Shown here in pieces: positions 54,414 through 64,000 of a stretch of 64,000 nt of DNA. Every line of letters starts with the position of its first letter. Within the stretch, counting starts at the first letter, position 1. The stretch lies in the IMG/VR virus record IMGVR_UViG_3300024346_000006; one strand, given 5' to 3'. The notes beneath the pieces were generated by a model. The model was not told where the DNA came from and searched no databases. It saw only the letters and a program-made list of their open reading frames with translations. The DNA is from a virus (taxonomy: Duplodnaviria; Caudoviricetes). A program made the position numbers and the translations under genes.

Positions 54414-54440
54414 AATATTTTTCCTAATAAAGTTATGTTC

Positions 54441-54469
54441 ATACTAACACAAAATAATTGGAGTGTCAA
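54441..54469 (-). promoter_or_regulatory. Sigma70-type promoter TTGACA-N17-TAGTAT for gp55
   Basis: Exact -35 and spacer, A-tract upstream. Confidence 0.75.
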
Positions 54470-54492
54470 TCAATTTTTTTTTTATTTTTCTC

Positions 54493-54521
54493 TTGACAAC
54501 CTCTTGAAAAACGTGTATTAT
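54493..54521 (+). promoter_or_regulatory. Orphan sigma70-type promoter TTGACA-N17-TATTAT, antisense to upstream late genes
   Basis: Exact -35 and spacer, T-tract upstream; no credible + strand gene follows. Confidence 0.65.
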
Positions 54522-54554
54522 CCACTATGTGGATGCTTAAGGATATTAATGTAT

Positions 54555-54995
54555 TTAATGTATTGTCTTATTAGAGTGATTTACTAACATCTCTAAGAAG
54601 TCATCTTGAGAGTGTTCTTCTGTTTCATCTAGACTTACACTGTCCTCATCGGAAGCAGTTTCAACATTTTCATCAATCTGTTCATTGAATCTTTTATTGT
54701 CTAAAATCATTTGGTAATGGTCAACTAAATCTTTATTGGGTTCATTGACAGTAATTATATCATTAACTGATATCTTTGTAAAGGTTTCCGTTGAAAAATT
54801 TAACCAATCAACGAGTGTAGTGCTGAACTGTCCATTCTGGGGGTTAAGAAACGACTTTATCTCGTATGGATCGTGAATTGTTATATAACCTCTACTCCCA
54901 GAATCTTGAGGATTGATTTGAGTGATTATATTTTCTTTTGTTACGAGTTTAATTAGTTTATACTCAATATTCATTTCAGAAATAATCCTTTTCAA
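54555..54995 (-). CDS. Conserved T4-like hypothetical (Sm-like) protein between uvsW and gp55
   Basis: YKLIKLVTKENII...LVDWLNFS; acidic tail. Confidence 0.7.
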   Translation of the reverse strand: MKRIISEMNIEYKLIKLVTKENIITQINPQDSGSRGYITIHDPYEIKSFLNPQNGQFSTTLVDWLNFSTETFTKISVNDIITVNEPNKDLVDHYQMILDNKRFNEQIDENVETASDEDSVSLDETEEHSQDDFLEMLVNHSNKTIH

Positions 54996-56486
54996 CTACT
55001 CAGAAATCTTAACTTCATGAATTTTGAAGTCAAATTTTTCTTCGTTATAAATATTTAGTCTTTCATAAAAGTGCCTCAGCGCAAAATTCATATGAGATTT
55101 GTATTTCATATCATCAGCGATATCATATAAAACTGCACTTTCTTTATTGTTTCCTTTTCTTAACCCTCTTCCTATTGACTGAAGATTTCGAACACGACTT
55201 TTCGATGGGGATGTAAAAATTACGTTATGTAGATTACGAATATTGACACCAGTAGAAAATGTACCATAAGAAGCAACGATAATTGCGTTTTTCTCTTTTT
55301 CTGTAATTCTTCGTATTTCTTCTCTAATTTCTGCGTTAACTCCTCCATGTACGAAAAAGACTCTTCTGTTTTCATCTGCACTATCCTTCAACAAATTATG
55401 TAGTGGGATTCCATGTTTTTCCACAAAATTAAATAAGACAAGTGTATTGCCATTTAGATCTAGAACCAGATTCTTGATGAATTCATTTCTGCGATTATTT
55501 GTGACAATCCACTCCACTTCATCTGCGTATTTGACTCCCTTCATTTCCTTGCATATGTTCTCTGGATATTTTAGTACGATACACTTAATACTGAAGTCTG
55601 CAAGGGTTTTACTGTCGATTAGTTTTCTTGTGGTGGTAACTTGTTTTACATCACCAAACAATCCAGTCAGAACTAATTTATGCGTCTTACTTCCATCCAA
55701 AGTTCCAGTAGTTCCAAATCTATATTTACAATCAGTGAGCCTGTCCATAATTTTGTTTAAAGAATTCGCCTTAAATAAGTGACACTCATCACCTATTACA
55801 ACATTAAACTGATCCCAATAATCCCTAGGCATTTTGTAAATAGATTGCCATGTAGATATTACAACTTTCTTGTCGGTTTCTTTACTTTGTCCTTGGAATA
55901 TTTTGTGGCAATATTTTTCTGCATTCCACCCATAGTCTGCAAAGTCAGAATACATCTGGGAAACCAGAGATGTTGTTGGCACAATTATCAATATTTTCTT
56001 TCCTTTTACATTAGGATGCATATTATAAAATCTTACTAATGTGTATATAATCAGAGATTTTCCTGATGCAGTAGGAGAAAGAAGTAGTGCTCGATTGTAA
56101 TCGATTGCATGTTTTATAGCATCAAGTTGATAGTCCCTATATTCAATCTTTTTCCCTTGACTATATGGGTCGATGTACTTACACAACTCTTGTAAATTGT
56201 TATCCGTAAAATTTGTGTCTGTTAAGTCATTTTCAAAAGAAAGTTCATATCCATTTTTATCACAGAAAAATTTCAACTGATTTAATAACCCAACATACAA
56301 CTTACAATTAGTTGGATTAAACAACCTGATTTTACCGTCCCAATACTTATTTTTGTATGCAGGCATAAATTCAGCGCCAGGAACTTTAAATGTGAAATAT
56401 TCCACAAGTTCCTTTAACATGTGAAGTTCATCTGCGTCTACTTGTAAGTAAACTTCATTCAATTTGGCAGCATAAAATTTAGACAT
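54996..56486 (-). CDS. uvsW: SF2 RNA-DNA/DNA helicase (start revised to 56486)
   Basis: SPTASGKS, VPTTSLV.QM, GDECH, GTTGT, QSIGRGLR; TAATG coupling with uvsY. Confidence 0.97.
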   Translation of the reverse strand: MSKFYAAKLNEVYLQVDADELHMLKELVEYFTFKVPGAEFMPAYKNKYWDGKIRLFNPTNCKLYVGLLNQLKFFCDKNGYELSFENDLTDTNFTDNNLQELCKYIDPYSQGKKIEYRDYQLDAIKHAIDYNRALLLSPTASGKSLIIYTLVRFYNMHPNVKGKKILIIVPTTSLVSQMYSDFADYGWNAEKYCHKIFQGQSKETDKKVVISTWQSIYKMPRDYWDQFNVVIGDECHLFKANSLNKIMDRLTDCKYRFGTTGTLDGSKTHKLVLTGLFGDVKQVTTTRKLIDSKTLADFSIKCIVLKYPENICKEMKGVKYADEVEWIVTNNRRNEFIKNLVLDLNGNTLVLFNFVEKHGIPLHNLLKDSADENRRVFFVHGGVNAEIREEIRRITEKEKNAIIVASYGTFSTGVNIRNLHNVIFTSPSKSRVRNLQSIGRGLRKGNNKESAVLYDIADDMKYKSHMNFALRHFYERLNIYNEEKFDFKIHEVKISE

Positions 56487-56947
56487 TAATTGCCTTCTAA
56501 CCACTTCTTCCAGTCGATATAATTTTTTATAGTCCACTTTTTCTGGTCTATTAATATGTCTAGTGTCTTACTAATTAAGTCTAAAATCTGATTTTGAAGT
56601 AAGACATTCTTTTTTAATTTTAAAACGTCTGGATCACTATCCATCCAAGAACCTACATCAGATTTAAGGATTTTTGTTCCCTCTATCTGCCATCCTTTGG
56701 ATATAATTTCGTCTTCAGACAGTTTACCTGTATAGTACTTCATTTTATCTCCGACTAATTTTTTATAGTCGAGCTCGATAAACTGAAGTTTTGTCTGATT
56801 TACTTGTTGATAGGTCATCCACTTACCGATTAGATTTTGATTGTGAACTAATTCATCTTCTAGTTTTAAAAAATCAATTTTAACGTCCTTTTCGGACTCT
56901 TTGGTAAGTTCTGCTATTTTTGATAATAAGTTAGAGTATTCACTCAT
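56486..56947 (-). CDS. uvsY: Recombination mediator UvsY
   Basis: KMKYYTGK, ILKSDVGSWMDSD, WTIKNYIDWKKW; position. Confidence 0.85.
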   Translation of the reverse strand: MSEYSNLLSKIAELTKESEKDVKIDFLKLEDELVHNQNLIGKWMTYQQVNQTKLQFIELDYKKLVGDKMKYYTGKLSEDEIISKGWQIEGTKILKSDVGSWMDSDPDVLKLKKNVLLQNQILDLISKTLDILIDQKKWTIKNYIDWKKWLEGN

Positions 56948-56972
56948 AATAAAAATCCATTCAATTAATAGT

Positions 56973-56980
56973 TATTTATA
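56973..56980 (-). promoter_or_regulatory. T4-type late promoter TATAAATA
   Basis: Exact consensus upstream of uvsY, overlapping the gp3 stop. Confidence 0.65.
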
Positions 56981-57488
56981 ATCGTTCCACCACATAGTTT
57001 CTGTATTGAAAATCTGCCTGAGCGACTGGTGGGGCAGCTTCTGTTGCAGATGTTGTTAATGGTATGTCACCAATAGAAATTGGAAATGCGTCTTTGAATG
57101 TAACCTTAATGATTGGACGTTCTTGATTATTGTTTACAAGAATTGTAAGGTCATCAAATACAGATTTCAAGTTGATTCTTTTTGCATTTTGGAAACTTCC
57201 ATATTGTTGAAAATTTTCTGGGAAACCAAGTGCAGTAATCCAATCGTAAACTTCTAACCAGTTTTTCATATCTTCGTCTACTGTAAATGAAATACCCAAT
57301 GGAGAAAATATCAACTTATCTCCGGGCTCTTTTCTTGCAACGAATGGAGTTTCAGCAATCGCCTCACCCAACTGTATGCCTGGCAAAGTTAATTCTTGTA
57401 CATATGGGCCTAATGATGGACACATATTACTATTAAATGTAAAGTTTTGTGTATTTAAAAAATTTACAGAATTTGTTACAAGATCCAT
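56976..57488 (-). CDS. gp3: Tail completion/sheath stabiliser (gp3)
   Basis: NFL...F...TLPGIQLG...PGDKLIF..L...FTVDEDMKNW.EVYDW. Confidence 0.9.
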   Translation of the reverse strand: MDLVTNSVNFLNTQNFTFNSNMCPSLGPYVQELTLPGIQLGEAIAETPFVARKEPGDKLIFSPLGISFTVDEDMKNWLEVYDWITALGFPENFQQYGSFQNAKRINLKSVFDDLTILVNNNQERPIIKVTFKDAFPISIGDIPLTTSATEAAPPVAQADFQYRNYVVERL

Positions 57489-57519
57489 TATAATCTCCTC
57501 TTTACATAATATTTATGCC

Positions 57520-57546
57520 AAAAAAAAGGGGGAGTTAAACTCCCCC
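57520..57546 (-). terminator. Intrinsic terminator after gp23
   Basis: On -: gggggagt-tta-actccccc-tttttttt. Confidence 0.9.
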
Positions 57547-57577
57547 TAAGTTCTATCAATCTAGTTTATAATTATTA

Positions 57578-58957
57578 TTATACAGAATTGATATTGTCTA
57601 CACGGAAGATTCTGTAGTAGGTATTTGAACGAGCTGTAAGAGCACCGTTACCAACTGTTGTACCTTCTGCATATGGGTTAGCAACCAATCCATAACGAGT
57701 CTTGAACCCGATTTTTGGTTGGAAACTGTTCTCACCAACTGCACGAACCATCTGCAATGGAACGTATGGGCAATAGAAGAATCCAGCATCATATGGAGAT
57801 GTACCTCTGAATCCAACCATTACGAAGTCGGTATTGTTGGCAGACGAGAAGTATGGGTCAATGTATACTTTGAAACGTCCGTTAAGTATTCCAGCAAATG
57901 TCGAACCAGTGTCATCAACATTCAAACCTGTTGACATTTGTGGGTTGTACTCAAGAAGACCTGCCATTGCAAGTGCGGAAGCAACGTCTGAAGAACAAAC
58001 GATTACGTTACCCTTACCACGGCGAGTTTCTTTAGCAATTGTGTTTGCTTCTCTCTCAATGTGGAACATAAGTCCTTTGAACTTCTCAACACTCCAACGT
58101 CCGTCAGCGTCTGTTGCAAGGTCATATACACCTGTGTTAGTTACTTGAGTTTGAGCACCAAGTTTTGCGATACCGTACATTGTGCGAAGAACTTCACGGT
58201 TAATTTCTGCAGTAATTTCTGTAGAAAGAATTGTTGAAAGTTCTGCTTCTGCGTCAAGTCCATGAACCGCTTTCAAGTCTTGTGAAAGTTCAGTTGTGTA
58301 CTCAGCTTTCAATGCTCTTGTTTTTGCGGTTACTGATACTCTCTCAATTGAGAATGCCATTTGGTTGAAGTGACCGTCTGCAGTCATTGTAGAACCGTTA
58401 CCTAACAATTCACCCTGTGCAGTTGAGCCAGGAATACCAGTTGTTACTGTTGAACCAGTTTCATCCAATGAACCAGTAGCAATAACAGCACCAGCGAATG
58501 GATCTGTACCTGAGTGATTTGGTCCTGCAACATCACCAGAAAACTCTGTGTTTGCTTCATTGAATGATGCTTCTGCACCAGCCTGATTGGTATAACGTGA
58601 ACGCATCGCAAAGATAAGTCCAGTTGGTCCTGTCATTGGTTGTACACCACAAAGGTCATATGCCATTAGGTTTGGCACGGTTCTACGAAGCATAGAAATG
58701 ATGACTGGGTCTGCATACTGGATATTACCAGCAGAAGAACCTGTTGGTGCAACACTTGTTGGTGATTCGTTAAGTTGATCCAAAGAAGAACGTCCTAAGG
58801 CGTTTTCTTTGATTGTGGCTTGTTCTGTATTCTCAAGAAGAATAGCAGTTACTGCCTTTCTGTATGGGTCTGTGATCTCGGCATGTTCACCATGGTCAAG
58901 AACGGGTGCCCACTTTTCTTTTAATTGTTGAACAAAGTTCTCGTTATAGTCGTGCAT
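57578..58957 (-). CDS. gp23: Major capsid protein (gp23)
   Basis: EKWAPVL, CGVQPMTGPTGLIFAMR, RALKAEYT.EL.QDL.AVHGLDAE, GFKTRYG. Confidence 0.99.
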   Translation of the reverse strand: MHDYNENFVQQLKEKWAPVLDHGEHAEITDPYRKAVTAILLENTEQATIKENALGRSSLDQLNESPTSVAPTGSSAGNIQYADPVIISMLRRTVPNLMAYDLCGVQPMTGPTGLIFAMRSRYTNQAGAEASFNEANTEFSGDVAGPNHSGTDPFAGAVIATGSLDETGSTVTTGIPGSTAQGELLGNGSTMTADGHFNQMAFSIERVSVTAKTRALKAEYTTELSQDLKAVHGLDAEAELSTILSTEITAEINREVLRTMYGIAKLGAQTQVTNTGVYDLATDADGRWSVEKFKGLMFHIEREANTIAKETRRGKGNVIVCSSDVASALAMAGLLEYNPQMSTGLNVDDTGSTFAGILNGRFKVYIDPYFSSANNTDFVMVGFRGTSPYDAGFFYCPYVPLQMVRAVGENSFQPKIGFKTRYGLVANPYAEGTTVGNGALTARSNTYYRIFRVDNINSV

Positions 58958-58996
58958 TTTTTTCTCCTTAAATAGATAATGTTGTTTCTATAATAT

Positions 58997-59004
58997 TATT
59001 TATA
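58997..59004 (-). promoter_or_regulatory. T4-type late promoter for gp23
   Basis: Exact TATAAATA. Confidence 0.8.
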
Positions 59005-59009
59005 AAATT

Positions 59010-60131
59010 TTAATCTTTAGGTTTATTTAGTGCTTTCGCATAAATATCCATAACCGATTGAAATTTATTTTCCTCTTTAACCACTGGCGAATCCTCTACA
59101 GAAGTTTCTAATGCACTCTCAGCGAGAATACTTTCGCTTTCCACACTTGTTCCAGATGGAAAATAATTATCTCTGATCAATGTAATCTTATTTCTCATAT
59201 CGCCGGCGTCCACGAAATCGACACTTTCAGTAAGTGTTCTTACTTTTTCAGATTGTGAAACTGTAAGTCCTTCTGTCACTTCCTTTAGAATGATTTCGGT
59301 CTCTAGAGATTCAATTTTCTGTACCAATTCAATATTCCTTTGAATTGACTCATCCAATTTTGTCTCTTTTTCGTCAAGAGAAGATAATGCATCCCCATAA
59401 AGGTCAATTTTATCTTCTGGTACATCAACATAGTTTTCCTCAAACAGAGTTTTGAGTCCTGACATGAAGTTTTCCATAACTTCTAATTTCAGTTTGTTTT
59501 CAACGGCGAGTTTATTTTCTTCAACCCACTCTTTAGCGACATAAGTAAGATACTCATTCACTTTTTCAGAAATATCTTCACGGATATGAGAAACTTCTTC
59601 ATGAAGTTCTTTTTCATAATCTTCATACATTTTTTCCAACTGTTCGTTTACTTTAGCAACTACAGCTGCTTCGAAAATGGTTTTAACTTGTGACTGGAAT
59701 TCTTCAGTTAGTTCTTGTCCAGCAAGCATAGCATCAACATCTTCTTTGACATCGATATCTTCTTTAGCAACCTTATAAGAAGCATTCATTTTTTTCTTAG
59801 GAGATTCTTTGACTTCTTCTTCGTCATCTTCCTCTTCATCACCATGCATATCTTCTTTCTTAGATGACTCGGATTTTTCATCTTCTTCGTCATCTTCGTC
59901 ATCTGCCATTTCTTTCTTAGAAGATTTGGACTCTTTCTTTACTGATTCTTCAGCTTCGTCCTCTTCTTCTTCGTCTTCATGGGCATCTTCCTTTTTAGAA
60001 GCTTTTGCCTCAACGACAGTTTCTTGATCTTCTTGAAGTTCGTTAATTACTTCTTCTACCTGAGAATCAATCTCTTCGGTTTCTGAAGCAACAACTTCTT
60101 CAATCATATCTTCGTTTTTTAAATCTTCCAT
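59010..60131 (-). CDS. gp22: Prohead core scaffold (gp22)
   Basis: Acidic N-terminus, VKTIFEAAV, YLTYVAKEW..EN, FMSGLKTLFEENY. Confidence 0.93.
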   Translation of the reverse strand: MEDLKNEDMIEEVVASETEEIDSQVEEVINELQEDQETVVEAKASKKEDAHEDEEEEDEAEESVKKESKSSKKEMADDEDDEEDEKSESSKKEDMHGDEEEDDEEEVKESPKKKMNASYKVAKEDIDVKEDVDAMLAGQELTEEFQSQVKTIFEAAVVAKVNEQLEKMYEDYEKELHEEVSHIREDISEKVNEYLTYVAKEWVEENKLAVENKLKLEVMENFMSGLKTLFEENYVDVPEDKIDLYGDALSSLDEKETKLDESIQRNIELVQKIESLETEIILKEVTEGLTVSQSEKVRTLTESVDFVDAGDMRNKITLIRDNYFPSGTSVESESILAESALETSVEDSPVVKEENKFQSVMDIYAKALNKPKD

Positions 60132-60162
60132 TTTATTTCTCCTTAGAGTTTTAATTTATATT

Positions 60163-60170
60163 TATTTATA
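60163..60170 (-). promoter_or_regulatory. T4-type late promoter for gp22
   Basis: Exact TATAAATA. Confidence 0.75.
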
Positions 60171-60174
60171 ATAT

Positions 60175-60810
60175 TTAAAGTTTTGACACAAAATTTTTGA
60201 AAACTCTCAGTTTTGTTTCTTCTAATTGTTGCCTTTTGGCCTTTTTAAGAGAGTCTTGGTATTCTGCAATTTGAGCTTCTTTAATAATACCGTTGTCCCA
60301 AACCCACTCTCTACCTTCCATAATACCTTCTACAAATGCATTGGGTGCGGAAGGGTCTGCAACAATGTCAGCAGCAGTTGCAAGATAAAAGTCATCTTGA
60401 ACAACATTTGCACCACCTGACTGTTTTACACTACCCATACCTCTAGAAGAAACACCTAAAGATGCACCTTCTTTGATGAGGTTGCTAACGATAGCACCAT
60501 AAGGAGTATCAGTCATAATTTTTGCTTTACCAACAAAGTTATCACCATCTCTCTTAAGTTCTTTAATCATATGGGAAACTCTTTCCAGATTGATAGTTGG
60601 GCCTTCTGGGTGTCCAAGTTCTCCAAATGCTCTATTTTTTTGAATGTAGTTTTCATTATATCTTTGAACTTCTCTTTCGAGAACTTCTGTAGGATACACT
60701 CTACCATTTCTATTTTTGACATTTGATTGTAAGAAAATGCCTTCAATGAAAAGGTCTTTTCCTTTGGATTCTACCAGAATGTCTTCAACTACTTCCGTAA
60801 TTAGTTTCAT
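60175..60810 (-). CDS. gp21: Prohead protease (gp21)
   Basis: MKLITE, NRNGRVYP, GELGHP, GVSSRGMGS, DIVADPSAP. Confidence 0.97.
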   Translation of the reverse strand: MKLITEVVEDILVESKGKDLFIEGIFLQSNVKNRNGRVYPTEVLEREVQRYNENYIQKNRAFGELGHPEGPTINLERVSHMIKELKRDGDNFVGKAKIMTDTPYGAIVSNLIKEGASLGVSSRGMGSVKQSGGANVVQDDFYLATAADIVADPSAPNAFVEGIMEGREWVWDNGIIKEAQIAEYQDSLKKAKRQQLEETKLRVFKNFVSKL

Positions 60811-61073
60811 ATTCCTGTCCTTCTTTGAAGTGATCTTCTTCTACGGAGATTTGCAATATTAACCTTGCCTTTTCTTTTCCTTGCGGAACGAGTGTTTCTA
60901 ATACTCATTTTTCGCAGAGCGCCTGGATTAATCTTGACCTCTCTCTTGTTAATTACTTTATAACCGGCCTTATCAGACACATATTTAATTTTTCTTTTAC
61001 CTTTTCTGATGACTATTTTTCTTTTGACTGCTTCGTCAAGGTCATCTTCCAAGAATTCTAAAAAAGAATGCAT
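60807..61073 (-). CDS. gp68: Prohead core protein (gp68-like)
   Basis: Position between gp67 and gp21; acidic N-terminus ending LDE, Arg/Lys-rich remainder. Confidence 0.7.
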   Translation of the reverse strand: MHSFLEFLEDDLDEAVKRKIVIRKGKRKIKYVSDKAGYKVINKREVKINPGALRKMSIRNTRSARKRKGKVNIANLRRRRSLQRRTGI

Positions 61074-61092
61074 CTTTTAAACCCTTTAATAT

Positions 61093-61296
61093 TTATTCTT
61101 CACCATCAACATCACTATATGCAGGATTGTTAAACATTGTTTTTGCAAAATCCTGCTTATAACTATTGATTGCTTCCTGTCTCTTTACGTTAAGTACTGA
61201 TTTAATATCATCAGTAACAACGGACGCTTTTCCTAAAACAGAATTATCTACAATGTCTATTGTTATATTATTTATATTATCTTCATTCTCTGTCAT
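61093..61296 (-). CDS. gp67: Prohead core protein (gp67-like)
   Basis: Small protein directly after the portal gene. Confidence 0.6.
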   Translation of the reverse strand: MTENEDNINNITIDIVDNSVLGKASVVTDDIKSVLNVKRQEAINSYKQDFAKTMFNNPAYSDVDGEE

Positions 61297-62799
61297 TTAA
61301 AAACCCTCATCTTCTTTTGGTTTACTGTAAAACGGATCATCCGCCTCTTTCGTAATTTCATCTTTCATATTTTTAATTTCTTCGTCACTGAGTTTTAAAA
61401 CATTTCTTTGTACCCAAGTGTTAGAATAGTATTTACCAATTTGATCTGCCATCTCACCAGCAAGTGCAATTCTATCTCTAATCATTTCAGAATTTTTAAT
61501 TTCTGAATAATACGAATCTTGTGTAAAATCAAAAATCAATTCTTGTGATATTGATTTCCACTCTTCTGATGTAATAACACCCTTCAAAATCAATTGTGTC
61601 TTAAGTAAATCGAAAAATAAATTACTAAACTGATTTCTAATTCTAACAATAAATCTATTAAATTTATATTCATCTCTAGAAATTTCTGTCGCTCTTCCCA
61701 ATGCAAGAGACTGATCTGATTCTAATCTAGATGCAGGAACATTTAAAGATTTATATAACTTTTTCTGGAAGTATAGTACATCTTCCATTTCCCCCAGATT
61801 TGTTCCGCCAGGCAGAGTCTCAATTTCTGTCCCTCTACCACCTTCTCTTCTAGGGAACCAAAAATCTTCTAACATAGACATATGTTTGCGTTCATCTTTG
61901 ATTTCACCAGTAGATGAATCATATGCAACTTTATTTTTATATCTATTCATAATGTCGGAGATATATTGTTCTGCCTTCAATTTAGGAAGATTACCTACAT
62001 CAATATAGAAAACTCTTCTTTCTGGCGCTCTTGTCCATCTATATATTACTACGGAATCTTCCACCATTTTCAGTTGATTCAATGCCTTGATTGCTTTATG
62101 TAGATATCCAATTGTATAATTTCTTTTGGCATCTTTTAGTCCAGAACTCACATATGCAATCGCATCAGGAGAAATGGGAATACCTGAAGTTTTATCTGCA
62201 CCATTAATGATACCCTTATCATTATACAAATAAAATTCTTTTACTGATTTGATTAATGTTGGCCCACCAGGCTTTTCGTCTTTTTCTATTTCTTTGACTT
62301 TTTTGATAGTGCGTGGGTCTATTTTTCTGAGTTCTTTAATACCTTCTTTTGGTTTATTCTCATCAATAATAATGTGAAAATAAAGTCTTCCATCTACATA
62401 CCAAGAACGAAAGATATCGTATCCTTGATTTTTAAAATCAAGAATATTTAGAATGTTAGTGAATTCTTCTGTGATTTTGGTTTTTACAGTTTCTGATTGC
62501 TTAAGATTTTTAGTTAATAATTTGACTGGATAATCATCCGTTTCATTAACTATTGCTTCAGAAACAATATCGTCAATTGCAACCTCAACTTCTGGATAGA
62601 TTGACATATCTCTATATCTATCAATAAGTTCTTGATCGCTTCTTGCGGTATTTTCTAAATTTAAAAATGTACTGTAAAAATTTGAAGAAACCTCTAGGGC
62701 GTCTTCATCATTCGTCCCACTTGGTGGGACGAATGATTTAAGATTTTTGTTTTCATCTCCTGTTTTTAGAAGAGTGAAGCCAAATAATTTAATTTCCAT
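61297..62799 (-). CDS. gp20: Portal protein (gp20)
   Basis: WYVDGR, YLHKAIK..NQL.M.ED..VIYR..RAPERRVFYIDVGNLP, MLEDFW.PRREGGRGTEI. Confidence 0.98.
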   Translation of the reverse strand: MEIKLFGFTLLKTGDENKNLKSFVPPSGTNDEDALEVSSNFYSTFLNLENTARSDQELIDRYRDMSIYPEVEVAIDDIVSEAIVNETDDYPVKLLTKNLKQSETVKTKITEEFTNILNILDFKNQGYDIFRSWYVDGRLYFHIIIDENKPKEGIKELRKIDPRTIKKVKEIEKDEKPGGPTLIKSVKEFYLYNDKGIINGADKTSGIPISPDAIAYVSSGLKDAKRNYTIGYLHKAIKALNQLKMVEDSVVIYRWTRAPERRVFYIDVGNLPKLKAEQYISDIMNRYKNKVAYDSSTGEIKDERKHMSMLEDFWFPRREGGRGTEIETLPGGTNLGEMEDVLYFQKKLYKSLNVPASRLESDQSLALGRATEISRDEYKFNRFIVRIRNQFSNLFFDLLKTQLILKGVITSEEWKSISQELIFDFTQDSYYSEIKNSEMIRDRIALAGEMADQIGKYYSNTWVQRNVLKLSDEEIKNMKDEITKEADDPFYSKPKEDEGF

Positions 62800-62827
62800 A
62801 CTATATCCAACTCTTTAATTATTTAAA

Positions 62828-63376
62828 TTAAGAAGTTACAACGTTATCGTGCTGCCAATAGTCATATGCGAATGTTGCTGTAAATTCTTCCAACTGATCG
62901 TTTGCGTCCCAAGAAAGTTCTACTGCACCAAGTTCGGTTGGGAATAACCCTCTAAACTCGTAACGAGCAATAATGCTTCCTTGTCCATCTTTACCGTAGT
63001 GTTCTACAAATGCGTTTGATTTGTATGCGGCAAGAGAATTTGATGCAAACTGTTGTGTATTCAAGTTATGTTGATTGATTGCGTTCATCCACTGTTCCAG
63101 AGAATTTCTTACACCAAACTCTTCAGTATTGATGACAGTAACAGTCCATGGTTCAAATGTTCTATTACCAGCAACCCTTACCTGTCTACCAAAGTAAGGA
63201 ACATCAATCTGAGCGATTGTTGAAGAAGGAATCTGAGCAGCTCTTACAACGAATGCAAGTTCTGTTGGGGCGGCAGCGCCTACCCCAGCAGGAAAATTCA
63301 TTCTAACTCTAAATAAGTTAGGACGAGCGCCACCATCTGCAAAGTTTGACTTAAATTGTTCTATGTTGAATGCCAT
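62828..63376 (-). CDS. gp19: Tail tube protein (gp19)
   Basis: GGARPNLF, AQIPSS, AGNRTFEPWTVTVIN, IEF-like F.YDYW. Confidence 0.95.
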   Translation of the reverse strand: MAFNIEQFKSNFADGGARPNLFRVRMNFPAGVGAAAPTELAFVVRAAQIPSSTIAQIDVPYFGRQVRVAGNRTFEPWTVTVINTEEFGVRNSLEQWMNAINQHNLNTQQFASNSLAAYKSNAFVEHYGKDGQGSIIARYEFRGLFPTELGAVELSWDANDQLEEFTATFAYDYWQHDNVVTS

Positions 63377-63402
63377 TGTTTATTTTCTCCTGTTTTCTGA
63401 TC

Positions 63403-63410
63403 TATTTATA
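63403..63410 (-). promoter_or_regulatory. T4-type late promoter for gp19
   Basis: Exact TATAAATA immediately after the gp18 stop. Confidence 0.75.
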
Positions 63411-64000
63411 TTAAACTGCACCAACAATTTCATCAAAATCAACACCAGTTCTAACTGCAACAAAGTTGAGTTGAATGAAGTTGATCGATCTTGCAGGTTT
63501 GATGTAGATATCACCCACGAATTGATTCTGATCAATCACTTCGGCAGTGTTGTTTGTTTCATCACAAACTACTCTGAAGTCGTAAATACCTCTTCTTCCT
63601 TGCACTTCACGCAAGAATGGTTCAATAAGAGAAGTAAACTGTGATCTAGTGAACTCATCATTGAACTCAAACAGAGTGAACTTGGCAGCGGCAGCAATAG
63701 ACTTTTCAAGTACAATAAACAATCTTCTAACATTGATTCTACTAAATGCAGAACTCTTGGTAGTGAATGTCTTATCACCAAATAATACTGTTCCCTGTCC
63801 AGAGAAGTTAACGACTGGATTAATTGCATTTTTATACAATGAATCTCTGTCTGCTTTGTCTTGTGTTTGAAGTGTTTTAACAACATTCTTGATATTACCA
63901 CGGTTAAATCCAGCAGGAGAATACCATGCATCTCTTTCTTGTTCACTTCTAACCATCAAACCAGCAACATCCCCGTTGAATGGAACCCAACGGAACTTGT
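63411..64000 (-). CDS. gp18: Tail sheath protein (gp18), 3' part; continues beyond window
   Basis: KFRWVPFNGDVAGL...WYSPAGFNRG, INPV, FGDKT, RINVRRLF, KPARSINFI. Confidence 0.97.
   Translation of the reverse strand, partial: KFRWVPFNGDVAGLMVRSEQERDAWYSPAGFNRGNIKNVVKTLQTQDKADRDSLYKNAINPVVNFSGQGTVLFGDKTFTTKSSAFSRINVRRLFIVLEKSIAAAAKFTLFEFNDEFTRSQFTSLIEPFLREVQGRRGIYDFRVVCDETNNTAEVIDQNQFVGDIYIKPARSINFIQLNFVAVRTGVDFDEIVGAV

Noticed and set aside
59780-60030. Acidic low-complexity SKKE/EDEE tract in gp22 as a novel repeat element
   Set aside because: Acidic, protease-degraded scaffold segments are expected for prohead core proteins.
1-64000. Alternative genetic code or stop-codon readthrough
   Set aside because: Core genes are full length under the standard code, all three stop codons are used, and there is no suppressor tRNA.

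Overview
This window is part of an AT-rich T4-like myovirus genome with the gene order of marine T4-like phages such as cyanophages and pelagiphages. It has no photosynthesis genes, and regulatory signals point to a heterotrophic proteobacterial host (inference). 1-7117 (+): tail-fibre/virion accessory genes. 7157-21000 (mostly -): thyX, SNase, HAD nucleotidase, four tRNAs, small early genes behind sigma70-type promoters, rnh, a RuvC-like nuclease, Grx-nrdB, nrdA and primase. 21048-34689 (-): one tightly coupled operon behind a T4 late promoter, ending in spanin genes. Several of its proteins begin with sequences resembling the T4 capsid-targeting sequence (MKTYQEFIAE) or carry many prohead-protease-type xxE sites. 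They include a protein with KxDG/EGxV ligase motifs, a P-loop kinase, a HAD phosphatase, a nucleotidyltransferase with a RegB-like domain, and a PD-(D/E)XK nuclease-like protein. This is the best candidate for an undescribed system: a virion-packaged, injected nucleic-acid healing/sealing kit. 34732-56947 (-): replication and recombination core (gp41, uvsX, gp43, regA, gp62/44/45, cobS/cobT-like, two MTases, gp46/47, gp55, uvsW/Y) and hsp20 with a ROSE-like thermometer. 56976-64000 (-): gp3, 23, 22, 21, 68, 67, 20, 19 and partial 18. Other notable signals are IHF-consensus sites in identical register at two early promoters, an orphan antisense promoter beside gp55, and a type-1 copper motif in a fibre protein. 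All family assignments come from motif recognition by eye; no searches were run.
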